From Octopus vulgaris (lineage: Eukaryota): a stretch of DNA of 64,000 bases. Of the stretch, positions 41,526-54,625 are shown piece after piece. Below the pieces are notes generated by a model. The model did no database searches. It saw nothing but the letters and a program-made list of their open reading frames with translations, and had not been told where the DNA came from. The translations under genes and the position numbers were made by a program. The DNA is taken from positions 107,384,001 through 107,448,000 of the forward strand of contig OX597823.1 in NCBI GenBank assembly GCA_951406725.2. Reading direction: 5' to 3'. The number at the start of each line of letters is the position of its first letter. Position 1 is the stretch's first letter.

Positions 41526-41653
41526 GTGTGTGTACATATATATATGTACATATATATGTATATACGTATTCCTTTATGTGTACATACAACATTGGCGAAA
41601 TACTACTCGGTATTTCTTCTATGCTTTAGCTTATTAAAAATTGGTTACAGATT

Positions 41654-42072
41654 CTCTCTTACTCTCTTACTCTCTTACTTGTTTCAGTCATTTGACTGCG
41701 GCCATGCTGGAGCACCGCCTTTAATCGAGGAACTCGACCCCGGGACTTATTCTTTGTAAGCCCAGTACTTATTCTATCGGTCTCTTTTTGCCGAACCGCT
41801 AAGTAACGGGGACATAAACAAACCAGCATCGGTTGTCAAGCAATGCTAAGGGACAAACACAGACACACAAACACACACACGCATATATATATATATATAC
41901 ATATATACGACGGGCTTCTTTCAGTTTCCGTCTACCAAATCCACTCACAAGGCTTTGGTCGGCCCGAGGCTATAGTAGAAGACACTTGCCCAAGGTGCCA
42001 CGCAGTGGGACTGAACCCGGAACCATGTAGTTGATAGACAAGCTGCTTACTACACAGCCACTCCTGCGCCTA
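41654..42072 (-). mobile_element. SINE family A, full length
   Basis: Closely matches 26161-26580. Confidence 0.92.
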
Positions 42073-42680
42073 TGATATTTTTTTTTGACCCCGTCAAAAC
42101 TCTGTGTTATCCCTCCCTTAAACTTCACATATATATATGTTTCCGTATCTGTCTCCTCGGTTTAAATGTATCACTATCTTGTTACTTTTCGCGCACGCGA
42201 GAGTGACGTTCCTCGTGCATAATGAATTGCTTCTTTCTCTTTCTCACCCTCTTTTAAAACTTAAAACTTCCCTTCTTACATTTTCATTGTCCTCTTACTC
42301 TCTCTCTCTTTTAATATCTCTCCCCCCTCTCTCTCTCTCTGTTTTTCTCCCACACTCTCTCTCCCTCTCCCTCTCCCTCTATCACTTTTTCATAATATAT
42401 GCACATTTCTCTCTCACTTCATCTCACCCGCCCCTTACCCCCTCCTCCTACTCTCTCATCTTTCCCTCAGATGGTGTCGTCTGCTTTCTTCCAGTCAGAT
42501 TTTTTTTAGTTTCTTCATGGCCAGTTGCTAAGACATGCTTAATATACAAATGTAACATAAATACCAATATTTCAATAATTTCAAAAAATATTTATAGTTA
42601 TTAAAAAACATCCGGACTATTCTCAAGCTTATATATTTGCGTTGCGTTGAACAAGTAAGTCTTTATATATTTATGGTTCT

Positions 42681-43066
42681 TGGAAGCACTCCGTCGGTTA
42701 CGACGATGAGGGTTCCGGTTGATCCGAATCAACGGAACAGCCTGCTCGTGAAATTAACGTGTAAGTGGCTGAGCACTCCACAGACACGTGCACCCTTAAA
42801 GTAGTTCTCGGGGATATTCAGCGTGACACAGAGAGTGATAAGGTCGGCCCCTTGAAATACAGGTACAACATAAACAGGAAGTAAGAGTGAGAGAATGTTG
42901 TGGTGAAAGAGTACAGCAGGGTTCACCACCATCCCCTGCCGGAGCCTCGTGGAGCTTTTAGGTGTTTTCGCTCAATAAACACTCACAACGCCCGGTCTGG
43001 GAATCGAAACCGCGATCCTACGACCGCGAGTCCGCTGCCCTAACTACTGGGCCATTGCGCCTCCAC
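42681..43066 (-). mobile_element. SINE family C (tRNA-like head, possibly Arg-related) with a 12-bp TSD
   Basis: Head gtggaggcgcaatggcccagtagttagggcagcggactcgcggtcgtaggatcgcggtttcgattccc. TSD ATTTATGGTTCT at 42669-42680 and 43067-43078. Confidence 0.92.
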
Positions 43067-43312
43067 ATTTATGGTTCTATTACAAAGAAGACATTTATGA
43101 ACGGATCATATATCTATTATTTTATCTATCAGTCCACTTATTGACAACTATGTATCTCTACGATGTCACTCCGTATATATTTAACTATATTATCATGTTC
43201 AATGTCACTACGTCTATCTCTTAAATCCTACGATTATTGCAGACTGAAGAACAATACATTCTCAGGCCGCTTTAACATTTAAGATTTCCGGAAAATAACC
43301 ATTGGTCAAAAA

Positions 43313-43349
<37 letters not shown>

Positions 43350-43353
<4 letters not shown>

Positions 43354-43651
43354 GCACGTGAATGAATTATCCTAGCATGGAAAATTCGTTTTACCGATAC
43401 CTGGGTAGCAAATTCACGTCAGAAAACACTGTTGAAGCGACCTGTCAAGGGTAGAAACTTTGGTCACCATGTAGGCAATCATCATAAATTCTGTTCGTCT
43501 TGTGACTGAAAGAGGCTCCTTATCTTTCCTGATGAGAAGATGGCACAATGCACTATTTATTCCTTCGGAATTAAAAGTATGCCGTCTTCGAAACATGTGT
43601 CGAGAGTAAAGAAATTTTGTTAACATCTTCGTTCGACTCCATTCTTTCATT

Positions 43652-43655
<4 letters not shown>
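43350..43655 (+). mobile_element. Approximately 300-bp non-coding HHR element flanked on both sides by (TA)n
   Basis: (TA)n at 43315-43350 and 43652-43677; homologous to 27465-27880. Confidence 0.8.
43524..43606 (+). ncRNA. Type I hammerhead ribozyme motif, intact core
   Basis: ctttc-CTGATGA-gaagatggca...(attcc-ttc-ggaat)...tgccgtcttc-GAAAC-atgt-GTC-gagag; 10-bp stem II. Confidence 0.85.
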
Positions 43656-43683
<28 letters not shown>

Positions 43684-44140
43684 ATGGGGTCTTGGTTCAC
43701 AGGTGACCTAAACGAATAGATACGCTGGGTAAATGCTGTAACGGATTATCAGGGATCCAAGCTCGTAATTGAAACGGGAGCTTTGGTTTCCGATTTTGCA
43801 GATATTTGTGAAAGAGGACAACAAACGCCGAGGCATAACATGTATCTCAAGTCATATACAAGTCATATACATTATTTTATATTATTCTTAAATTAGTTGA
43901 GGTCTGTGTTTGGGATATCCCAAGTGATAGGCGAGTATGCCTGAATATGGGCTAGCCCGTCATCAGAGACAAATAAAGAACATATGAAAGATCTAGACAC
44001 GGAAAATTCGCAGATAATAAACAATAAAATAAAAGAGTAGAGAGTAAAGAAATAAGGAAATAAAGTTCGCAGTTCATTTTTCAGAGGGTATGGATGTTAG
44101 TCCGTATGTCCTTAGGTAAAATCCAGGTGAATCCAGCCAG

Positions 44141-44582
44141 TTTACTAGTTTTTACTATATGAATTATTATGCTAACATTTATATTGTATGTATTTGTATT
44201 TTAGGCTAAAATTACTTTTTATGAAGTCGTAGTCTATGAAATGTGTATATGCATATAAATATATATATGTATATGAGTGTGTATCTATATGTTGACACAC
44301 ACACAAAGGTTAGTACCAGATTGTTTCAGAAAAGTACGTTCGAGTTACAACGGGAAATATGCAAAGTGCGTGTGAGAGAGAGGAGGAGAGAGAGGAGGAG
44401 AGAGAGGGAGAGAGAGACGAGAATCATAAAAATACGAAAGCTGTATTTGTATCGATAAAATTTAGAAAAAAAGTTTGTATTTTGTTGGCATCAATCCAAT
44501 GATTTGACAGTAAGTTATGTAATTACTTTTCTGACACAATTTGGTACTAACCCTTGTGTGTATATCTACATATAGATACACC

Positions 44583-44668
<86 letters not shown>

Positions 44669-44782
44669 TGCATACATACGCACATTTCGTAGACTACGAC
44701 TCCAGAAAATATACTTTTACCATAAAATGCAAATACACACAATATAAATGTTAATATAATTCATAGTCTAAAAACTAGTAAA
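44141..44782. repeat. Imperfect long inverted repeat (MITE/foldback-like)
   Basis: Arms about 44141-44336 and 44524-44782 (tttactagttttt / aaaaactagtaaa; gtcgtagtcta / tagactacgac; ggttagtacca / tggtactaacc). Confidence 0.75.
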
Positions 44783-44809
44783 TATTTAGGTTAACCTCCA
44801 GTTTTTGAC

Positions 44810-45230
44810 CCAAGCAAAGAAATGAAAAAAGAAATAGTGTAATAGGTGTAATACAACATGTAGAAACGAACATGAAAAAAATGCGCGCTGGCGAACGGAA
44901 GAGGGGGATAAAACTTGGAAAATTCACATGATCCGAAAACTCAACGCTAACTACCAGTCACAAAAGTGAAAAAGAAATAGTGTAATAGGTGTAAAACAAC
45001 ATGGAGTAAACGGATATGCAAAAAAAAAATGCGCGCCGGCGAACGAGTGGTGAGGGGACTTGGAAAATTCACACGATGAATGACACAGGATCCGAAAACT
45101 CAACGTTAACACCCAGTCACAAACATGAAAAAAAGTAGTGTGATAGGTATAAAACATGTAGTAAACGAATATGCAAAAAAAAAAAAAAAAAGAAATGTGC
45201 GCTGGCGAACGGGCGGTGGAGAGAGGACCC
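44810..45230 (+). repeat. Minisatellite-like tandem units of about 150 bp
   Basis: Three repeats of aaatagtgtaataggtgtaa...aaaaaatgcgcgctggcgaacg...gaaaattca; the first two continue gatccgaaaactcaacg. Confidence 0.8.
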
Positions 45231-45609
45231 CGAAAATTCATATCAGGAGTGTTCCGAGCCCTCTCCCCACTTCTCCGTTAGCCGGCGCAATTTTTTTCTT
45301 CATATTCGTTCACTACACATTATTTTACACCTAGTACACTATGTGTTTATCAAATTTTGTGAAGTTAGATGGGTAGGGCACAGACTCGGATAATTCACAA
45401 AGATCCAGTTACCCGACCTCGACACCAGGACAACAACAACAAAAATTAAATAAATAAAAAGTGCAATAGGCGTAAAATAATGTGTACTCAACGATTATGA
45501 AAAAAAAATGCGCGCTGGTGAACAGGTGGGTGGTGAGGACAGGACTCGGAAAATTCACAGGATCCGAAAACTCAACGTTAACACTCGGTCACAAAAATGA
45601 AGCAAAAAT

Positions 45610-45850
45610 ACGCACTGTGGTCGATATAATCGACTTAATCCGTTTATCTGTCCTTGTTTGTCCTCTCTGTGTTTAGCCCCTTGTGGGTAGTAAAGAAATA
45701 GGTATTTCGTCTGCTGCTATGTTCTGAGTTCAAATTCTGCCGAGGTCAACTTTGCCTTTCATCCTTTCGGGGTCGATTAAATAAGTACCGTTTGTCTGTC
45801 CTTGTTTGTCCCCTCTGTGTTTAGCTCCTTGTGGGTAGTAAAGAAATAGG
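45610..45850 (+). mobile_element. SINE family B, rearranged/tandem partial copies
   Basis: A 3' part followed by core plus 3' part of the 6855-7071 sequence. Confidence 0.8.
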
Positions 45851-47490
45851 GGATCTTTTCGCTTTGACCGGCATATTTTAAAAATTTCTTTGTAACTAAT
45901 AATATTGAGCAATGAATATAATTTTGTTGACTATGTCAGATGTGATGTTTTGAATACAGTTGAGATAATTTGTGTCACTGTCGTTTTGGGTCTCTCTCTA
46001 TCTCTCTCTCTCTCTCACTCACTTAGTAATGAGTTTGTTGTGAGTTAAAGATGTTAATGCTTTTAATTTATGTTTTTAATGCTTAAAGCAAGGAATTAGT
46101 TTCAGATTTTGTTTTACAGTTGTGAGAAAGGTATCAGGTGGTTGTGGGATGTGCTAGAAAGAACTAACTCTCCCTTAAATCGTACATATTTTCGTTTGAA
46201 AATATTTTCAATGTTTTCTTTTTTACTGAAAATGTTTCTCCCATCGTTTTTAAGTGCGTAGTGCAAAAAAACAAAAATTGGTCAAAATCAGTCCGGGACG
46301 AGGGGATAAAATTTTTCCTAAAGATTTTTTTGATAAAAAGCTTACCCCCATAATTTCCAAGCCCGTGATACAAACAAAAAATTGGAAAAACATCCAACTT
46401 ATGTGGACGTCTTCATCCGAAAGTTCGCCATTCATAGCCATTTTTAATAGTCTATTAAAATTTTATTGAAATGCTGTCATATTCTAAAATCTCAGAATTT
46501 GTTTATTTCTATACCAACTACAAATATATCAAAACTCAAGTTTCTGTGGCTTGTACTTTTGAATTTAACTAGGTTTGAAAACACTGCGGAATTGACTGTT
46601 TGTGAGCTGCACCAAAATAGGTTTGACATGAATATTTAAAATATTGCCATAAAACAAGTTTTGTTTCCAAGAACCTGAAAAAAAAAATGAAGCGGAAACT
46701 GCTAGACGATGGTCACTATTAAATTGTTTAGTTTGAAGATGATTATCACCTCAGTTTCAAAGATCTGACATCACAAATATAGCTAATTATTCATTTAGGC
46801 TAATTAGGTAGGATTTTGACCATTTCGCTGACCATTCAAATTATATTTCCCAAAATATTCACCAAACTTTCACAAATGAGGTACCAAAATGTTTTATGTT
46901 TAAATATTTTCAAAAATTCATTGTGGTAACAATTATTATTATGATAAAACACAATCAAACTGTTTTAAATTCTAGGTTTTAACACGGTTCAGTTCATTTT
47001 TTAGCTCATATACTTTGTGTACATAACACTTCACATATTTTACTGTAAGTATATATCCTAGGATTGTTACCTTCATACCAGATTAAATGAAGGGTTTTTA
47101 ACCATACATACACCCACACATACATACGTAAATACATACATATACATACATACATACATACATATATAGGGAGAATTCACACACACAAAAAAAAGATTAA
47201 GACAGGTGGTGTAGACAACAAACAGATGTATTAGTTTAACGCTCGGGAAGTGAAAAAGTCTTTAACGTGTCGAGCCTACGCTCTTACACAGAGGAGAACA
47301 CAGGAAGAAACAAGAAGAGAAAATAAAGAATGTGTAGTGGCTAGCGATCTATCATGGCGAATATATATGTATATATAACAACAAAAGAATGAGACCTCGA
47401 TATTATGTAAATAGAAGAAAATATATATATTCCTTAATCATGTCCGCGAGGTGCAGCCATTTGTTCAGAGTGCCTATATACATATATATA

Positions 47491-47567
<77 letters not shown>

Positions 47568-47568
47568 T

Positions 47569-47728
<160 letters not shown>

Positions 47729-47757
47729 TACAGGCGTGGTTGTGTGGTAAGAAGCTT

Positions 47758-49661
47758 AGTTCTCTCACTACTGAGTGGATGCGTCCTTCGCTGCTGGAGT
47801 CAGGTATTTGTATACCAGCGTCGTGAATTATCGAAGTACAACTACTAGGTAAGACATCTGATTTAGGAGGGGGGATTCAGTGGGGTTTCGTTGCTCATGC
47901 TTACTTATTTTTGTCGAGCAGGGAATCTCCACTGAGTTCTACGCATTTTTCTGCCAGTGTTTTAGCGGAGCGAAGTGTGTGTGTGGGGGGGGCGTAACCT
48001 TCCGAAAATTGTGTATTTTTTGTCACTGTTTTGTGCCATTGCCAGGAAGATTACCAAGCTGGCGAGGAGTGCCAGGACAGCCAGAAGAATTTGCTGTGTT
48101 TTCTTAACTGTTTCTCGTCTTCTTCCTTTCTTCCTGCATTTTTTTTTTAACTTTGAACATTTTATGTGGACTTTTCTTCAATTAGAAACATGCCAAAGAA
48201 GATAAATAACACTGCGTTGGGGTGGGAAATTGTCCCACCCAATCAGTGGATGAAAGACTTTGAAGAGAGGACGGTGGTGCTGCGAACGTACTCCAAGTCG
48301 CTCGACGCTATTGCCCTCTTTCAAAAGTGTGAAATTGAGAAAGAGTTGGCAGAATATTTGCCAACTATCAAATTCATCTCCAGGGCTGTCAAACATGCAA
48401 TGGTGTGGTTGCTATTTGACACCCAGAGGAGGCTTGCATTTCTGCGAGCCAGCCCCTGCAGGGCGATAAAATTTTGTTTCTTCCCACGTATTGTGGGAGG
48501 AAGTTGACAAGAGCTTGGATCTGTGGGTTGCCACCCGGGATAAAATCCGAGTGGATAGAGGAAACTATCCGCCGGGGTCCGGATGGAGGCGGAGACAAAC
48601 TTCTTAATGTGAAAGTTTTTCCTGCGGCTGATTGATTTGGGTCAAAAGCTGTTTTGACTCTTTGGACCCAATCAGTCAATCTGTTTTTCCATGTTTTTTT
48701 TTTAAATGGCCGGGTGCAGGTACCCAGTGATTCTTGAGGGTCGTCTCCCCACCACCACCACCAGGTGTCATCGGTGTCTGGAGCCTGCTCATATAAAGAA
48801 AAAATGTCCCCAGGAACAAAGTAAGGTCCTGGAGCAGTTAAGTGAGACCTCTGTAGAAGAGGGAATGAAGGCGGCCGAGGAGGCGGAGGACTCCCCAAAG
48901 GAGGGGCCGCAAGAGGAAGGTGAGCAACAATGGGTGCTCACCGAAGGATGCTAAGTATGAGGAAGGGAAGGCGAATCTCCCTGTCACGGAGGAGACGTAC
49001 TCTCCCTCAGCTGAAAAGAAAAGAAAGAGGAAGAGGAAGAGAAACTGGACATTGCCGGCAGTCGGTGACATAGTACCGGAATGTCCCGGAACCTCGTCGG
49101 TTGGAGTTGTGCCATCGGCAGGGGAAGAGATACCATTGGCGGGAACTGTGCCGCCAACGATAGAATTGGATATTCCGCCACCGGGGGAAGACGAATTATT
49201 GGTCTTCTTCTATAGAGGCGTAGAGGTTGAAAAGGTGGTGGCCTCTGCAGAGAGCTGTGGAGGTCATAACGTTGCCCGTGACGTATAGTCTGGAGGGACT
49301 CAAGGAAAAGTATCGCCTGTGCCCGGGCGACGCCGACACGGCACTCACTTTGACCTTGAATGAGGCGTGGGTGATGGCGAAGGATGCGGGCACAAGCGAT
49401 ATTGAGGAGGTATATGGATAAGTGGTTGAAAACCTCGGTATTATTGAGAGAGATCCTTTGTTATTAAATATTGTGAACATTGTAGAGGTTTGTTGCCTCA
49501 TGAACAATATACAAGAGATCAATGTCCTCGGGAAAAATCGATCGACGGGCATCGTTTTTTGCCCCATTAATCATCATTTTCATTTCATATAACAGAATGT
49601 CTACGTCCAGCCTGCAGTTTCCTTTCTCTGCGTAAGGCCTTATGGCCAATATAATGAAATA
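47758..49661 (+). mobile_element. 1.9-kb ORF1-only non-LTR element inserted into a family A SINE
   Basis: TSD AAGAAGCTT at 47749-47757 and 49662-49670. The SINE head (47725-47757) resumes at 49671 (gtttcccaaccacatggttccggg). The 3' end has a ggccttatggcc hairpin and an A-rich tail. Confidence 0.82.
48190..49470 (+). pseudogene. Frameshifted gag-like ORF1 with a CCHC zinc knuckle
   Basis: Consecutive ORF pieces 48166.., 48706.., 48920.., 49227.. in a GC-richer block. RCHRCLEPAHIKKKCP is CX2CX4HX4C, followed by an acidic/basic low-complexity segment. Confidence 0.75.
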
Positions 49662-49797
49662 AAGAAGCTTGTTTCCCAACCACATGGTTCCGGGTTTTAG
49701 TCCCACTACGTGACACTTTGGGCGAGTGTCTTCTTTTATAGCCGCGAGCCGACCAAAACCTTGTGAGTGGATTTGGTTGAGAGAAACTGAAAGAAGC

Positions 49798-49863
<66 letters not shown>

Positions 49864-49966
49864 GTATGTGTGTGTGTGCATGTGCGTGCGTGTGTGTGTG
49901 TGTGCGTGTGTGTGTGTGCGTGTGTGCATTCCACAACTGACTACTATATATGTATATATGTATGTA

Positions 49967-50024
<58 letters not shown>

Positions 50025-50027
<3 letters not shown>

Positions 50028-50245
50028 AAGTGAATAAAAACGCACGATGGATAAGTGGCAGCTCATTACAACTGTTTATGTAATTTTCAATGAAGAATGA
50101 GAAACATGACGAGAACGTAATGAGATCTGATGACTACGGTCTTTTATAGTGATGTAATGTTTCTCATTCTTCATTAAAAGTAACGCAAGAAGCAGTTGTA
50201 ATGAGCTGACACTTATCTATTGTGGTTTTTTATTTATTTAACTAT
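50025..50245. repeat. Imperfect inverted repeat next to (TA)n with a decayed HHR-like 3' half
   Basis: gataagtggcagctcattacaactg / cagttgtaatgagctgacacttatc and aatgaagaatgagaaacat / atgtttctcattcttcatt. Contains AAAC-agtt-GTA-atgag. Confidence 0.6.
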
Positions 50246-50476
50246 AATGCACCAAGGGAATTTACGCCTTGTTGGAGACCCTAGAATATACCAACAACGT
50301 ACTACTCATAACGTACTACGCATAATGTGGACAAGCCCCCTTAAGCGCTAAATACTCATAGGGTTGGTTTTCTCTGTGTACAAAGCCGAAATATCCTACT
50401 CGATATCTCGACACCAATCAACCATTGGCCAGAACCACGGACATTACTCAACCCTACCTGGTGCATACCTTTCAAG

Positions 50477-50526
<50 letters not shown>

Positions 50527-50746
50527 TGGTTGTATACTGTCAACTTCACGTGACAGTCCTGTAAGGGAATTTCACCACCGCTGTTTAGCCCTAAGAAGCA
50601 TCGACGCTTCCTGTCGGCCTTGACACATTTCCTGTGTCCTTATATATTTACGAAGGGGAGACAAATACCCCTGTCTCCCCATCGTAAATATATAAGGACA
50701 CAGGAAATGTGTCAAGGCCGACAGGAAGCGTCGATGCTTCCTAGGG
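50527..50746. mobile_element. Second copy of the 32707 palindromic family (right arm truncated)
   Basis: ggttgtatactgtcaa...caccaccgctgtttagcccta.gaagcatcgacgcttcctgtcggc, then a fold-back 50589-50663 / 50672-50746. Confidence 0.85.
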
Positions 50747-51101
50747 TGCTTAATACAAATTGCAGAGTCCAAATTAGCTTGATCTGCTAAACTTAGCTTC
50801 TCTAATGATGAGTCATAACAATGACGATGCATAGGTGTTTTGTCCAGAGTTTACAAAAGTATATCCTTGTATTGCATAGGGTCATTTCTATATATATTGT
50901 TGTTTTCTGTCGATGTTATCGAAATATTTCTTTAACCATTCATAATTATAAGGTAGTTGTTTGTAGCTTTATTCCTGACTCAAAAGAAGCAACAGGAAAA
51001 GATGTACACTGGAAAAAAAAAAGAAAAAGATGGAAAAATAAATACGAGATTCAATGTGTGTAATGTTGAAACAATTTTAATACGTGTATGTATGTATATG
51101 C

Positions 51102-51199
<98 letters not shown>

Positions 51200-51598
51200 A
51201 TGCACGCAGATAAATACCTTTAGATATATGTGAGTTGGTGTTACGTGCATGTTCGGTTCTTTAGTTTTGTTAAGATTGTTTTAACCATATTCCTGAATAC
51301 ACTGCGTACATGTGTACGTAAGACCAAAAACCTAAGAAAGGTGCACTCGGGTAGATATTAGGCATGTATTGCAGTTAATATTCTATCTGAAGAGATAAGA
51401 TTACGCCATGTCATTCGGAAAAAAAGAAAAGCCTTCATTCAAAACGCTTGATTCCACCCGTGTGTTTTGTGTCTCTTGTAAAATGCCCTTCAGTTCCAGA
51501 CAAGGTGTTCCGGTGTCAGGATATCTTTCACGCTACCAATCTCCTAAATTTGCACATACACACATACACACTCATATAATATGTATATATGTACGTGA

Positions 51599-51636
<38 letters not shown>

Positions 51637-52744
51637 ACATATATTGCTCTTTAAAGCATGAGCACTGACACACACACCCATGCTCACGTGCACACGCACA
51701 CAGACACACTCATACACATTTACACAATTTACAAGCGCACGAAGTCTTCCCTTTTGTGTATTTCACTCGCATTCTTTCTCACTTCTTCCCCTTCATTCAT
51801 GTATTAGTTTTGGAAAAACAAGAATTTAATACTTTCTTTTTCATTGCTTTAGGCAAATTTATTGAAAATATGCATAAACATAGACATGCTTACGTGTATA
51901 CACACGCTAAATTATATGAAACCCTACTGTATTTGTTGCATTTTGTATGCAAAACACTCCTCTGAGGTATTCACCCCATCTCAGCATATTTTTAGAGGCA
52001 TACACGCTCAGGGAAGCACAAACACACAACAGCATCCACATGAACGTGTGCATATATATACAAATACACATACACTCACATACATAGGACAGTTATATGC
52101 ATATACATACGTGTATGTATGTATATCTATATATAGAGACATTTGTATGTATTTAGTTATACATACATACATGCATATATATATATTCATTATATATATA
52201 TGCATGTGTATATATATATATATATATGTATGTATTTTATATTCATTATATATGTATAGATATTCATTATATATATATATATATAAATATGATACTTAAA
52301 ACAGTTTGATTCAGTTTCGTGCTACTTCAAGTCTCACAGGCCCGTGTCAGAAGCTCGACTACTTCTGGAATTCCGAATGAAGATGTACAGGAAGTTCTGT
52401 CAGCATTCCTGGAGCCTGAAGGAGTTAGGCTCCCGTTAGGGACTTGTAAAACTTGAAGTAGCGCGGAACCGAATCAGACTCCTACTAAATGTGTTGAGTG
52501 CCCTTTTCTTTCGCCTGTTCACTCACTTATGTATACACACACACTCACACACACATACGCACGTATATACATATATAGGCGTATGTATGGATAAAACAGT
52601 TTGATTCAAATCTATCCATGTAACTCCAAATAAATTTGCTGAGTACCCTTTCGTTTGTCGCTCACTCGTATATAAATATATGTGTGCGTGTGTGTGTGTG
52701 TGTGTGTACATACACATGTACATTAGAGAAAGATAGTCACGGCT

Positions 52745-53800
52745 GGTTCATTGGGGTACCCTGGGTTTCGCGTCCGTAAAGCGCTTAGCTTCTCGTTCCC
52801 ATCTCGTGAGACCTTAATGACTGTTTACCTATAACCTCTTTTCAAAGAGGGTATAGAGAAAAGGCTTTGTAGATAGATTTTGAACACACCGATAAAAAAG
52901 GAAAGTCTAGCACAAGGGATGGATTGTTTCCCTTAGAACACTATCTGGAATCCACCCAGTGAGCTTGCGGGTCCCAGGATTTTAGTTGGAATCGCCTGAA
53001 GTATAAACTTCCATCTGGAATAAAATACATCCTGGAATTTAAGAAGTTCTTCGTTTTGAATGCGTTCTTTAGTATCCACACCCGTTCTGCTATGCACACC
53101 TTTCATCATTTACTACTTTGATGTAGGGACCCTGTTTTTCTAGAATCTTCCATGTGATTACATGTAGCGACCCTTCGTCTTTCAGGAGCCACACCTGGCT
53201 GGTCAAGGACGTAGCATAACGTCTCTCCGAGATCCTAAACGAGAATTTGTGGTTGGAGAAGCGCTGCTTAGAGCCGTTTCCAAAACATCCGATGTGTTTT
53301 CGAATGCTGTTCTTGGTGTCGTTAATGCTGGTATCTCTGTTGGTTCTGCTATAAATATCGTCATTGTTGGAGCTGTTATTGGCACTATAGTGCTGGTTGT
53401 TGTTGTCGTTGTTCTTGTTGTTATCATTATTAGCATTATCATTAGCGATGGGGCTCCTGTGCTTTCTGCTAAAGTTGCTGCCGTTGCTGTTATTATTGCC
53501 ATTCTTGCAACTGCCGTAGCTGTCGGAAAAGCTGTTGTTGATATTACGGTCAGATACTAACTCAGCCTCCTATACAAACCCCTCTGTTTTGCATTGGCCT
53601 CCCATTGGGCATCAGCTGTAGTCCCTCCATGAGCATCTCGTATCAGATCGTGGTCTAGGGGTGTTAACTAAAATATTATTGATATTGGGAGTGCAGCTAA
53701 AGGAGATTCTTAGGTTATGTCTGTTGAATAGTTGTCCGTGCCTATGTGATTGTGTAAAGTGCTTATCTACTAGCCTAATACAACCTGATAAAGTTGTTAA
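52745..53800 (-). pseudogene. Penelope-like element remnant: post-RT linker and GIY-YIG endonuclease
   Basis: ORF 53612..53857 has RLVDKHF...LFNRHNLRISFSCTPNINNIL. Hand translation of about 53297-53000 gives HIG..GNGSKQRFSNHKFSFR....YATSLTSQVWLLKDEG....ITWKILEK..PY, then a frameshift, CIAERVWI...NFLNSR. Both are typical of C-terminal-EN PLEs. Confidence 0.8.
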
Positions 53801-53933
53801 GATGGAAACCTTTATCAACAAAGAACAAAATATAGCTGCAAGACAAAAATTTCGCAAGAACTTAAGATCTAGAGAATTATATTCCAGTGCAATCTATATT
53901 TTAACATTGTAGTCACAAGATATTTTCATATAC

Positions 53934-53964
<31 letters not shown>

Positions 53965-54142
53965 CATACATACATACATACATACATACATACATACATA
54001 CATACATACATACATACAAACATACATACATTTATATATACATATAACTTTTATTAGATTCAGCTCAAGAGCTGTGGTCATGCTGGGACCCCGTCAACAG
54101 GTGTTTGTCCACCTTCATTAATCCTCCGTTAGTTGGCATTTG

Positions 54143-54190
<48 letters not shown>

Positions 54191-54199
54191 ACAGAAGGG

Positions 54200-54475
54200 C
54201 TTAAGTGAAGTTTAAAATTTCCCACAGCCGTTCCGGTTGTATTTTATTGTTGCGTTCATAGATTACATCGTAGTATAAATCCAACACCCCCAGGTAAAAT
54301 TTTAAACACGTATAAACAGGTGAGATAAAACTTGAAGATGACCGGTTAGTTAGTGAATAGGTCATCGACTTATACGTGTTTAAAATTTTACCTAAGGTTG
54401 GTGAATTTATGCTATCAGTGTATGCATCAATAAAATGCTACGGAAACATCTATAGTAAATTTTTAATACCACTTC
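54200..54475. repeat. Imperfect inverted repeat in a (TA)n-bounded segment (54190-54560)
   Basis: aggtaaaattttaaacacgtataa / ttatacgtgtttaaaattttacct with weaker outer pairing. Confidence 0.6.
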
Positions 54476-54625
54476 TTTTCTTCTTTCATACATACATACA
54501 CCACACGTGGAGGCAACCCTGGATCGTTTCTACGGTTTATATGGGATTTGGTAATTAAATATATATATATACATATATGTGTGTGTGTATGTGCGTGTGT
54601 ATGTATGTATGCATCTATATATATA

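Larger units (their letters stand above)
35090..43140 (+). repeat. Local array of 4-5 diverged copies of a multi-hundred-bp CT-rich unit
   Basis: atagtgtcgtctgctttc near 35152, 39610, 40901 and 42471. cataatgaattgc...ttttaaaa.ttaaaacttccctt near 36136, 40611 and 42218, with a similar block near 39395. Confidence 0.75.

Noticed and set aside
42990-43066. tRNA gene candidate
   Set aside because: It is the tRNA-like head of a TSD-flanked, multi-copy SINE and lacks a complete cloverleaf.
44810-45230. CRISPR-like periodic repeats
   Set aside because: Whole units repeat with no unique spacers, the context is eukaryotic, and no cas genes are present.
53249-53560. Hydrophobic 103-aa ORF resembling a membrane protein
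   Set aside because: Antisense to the low-complexity linker of the PLE remnant.
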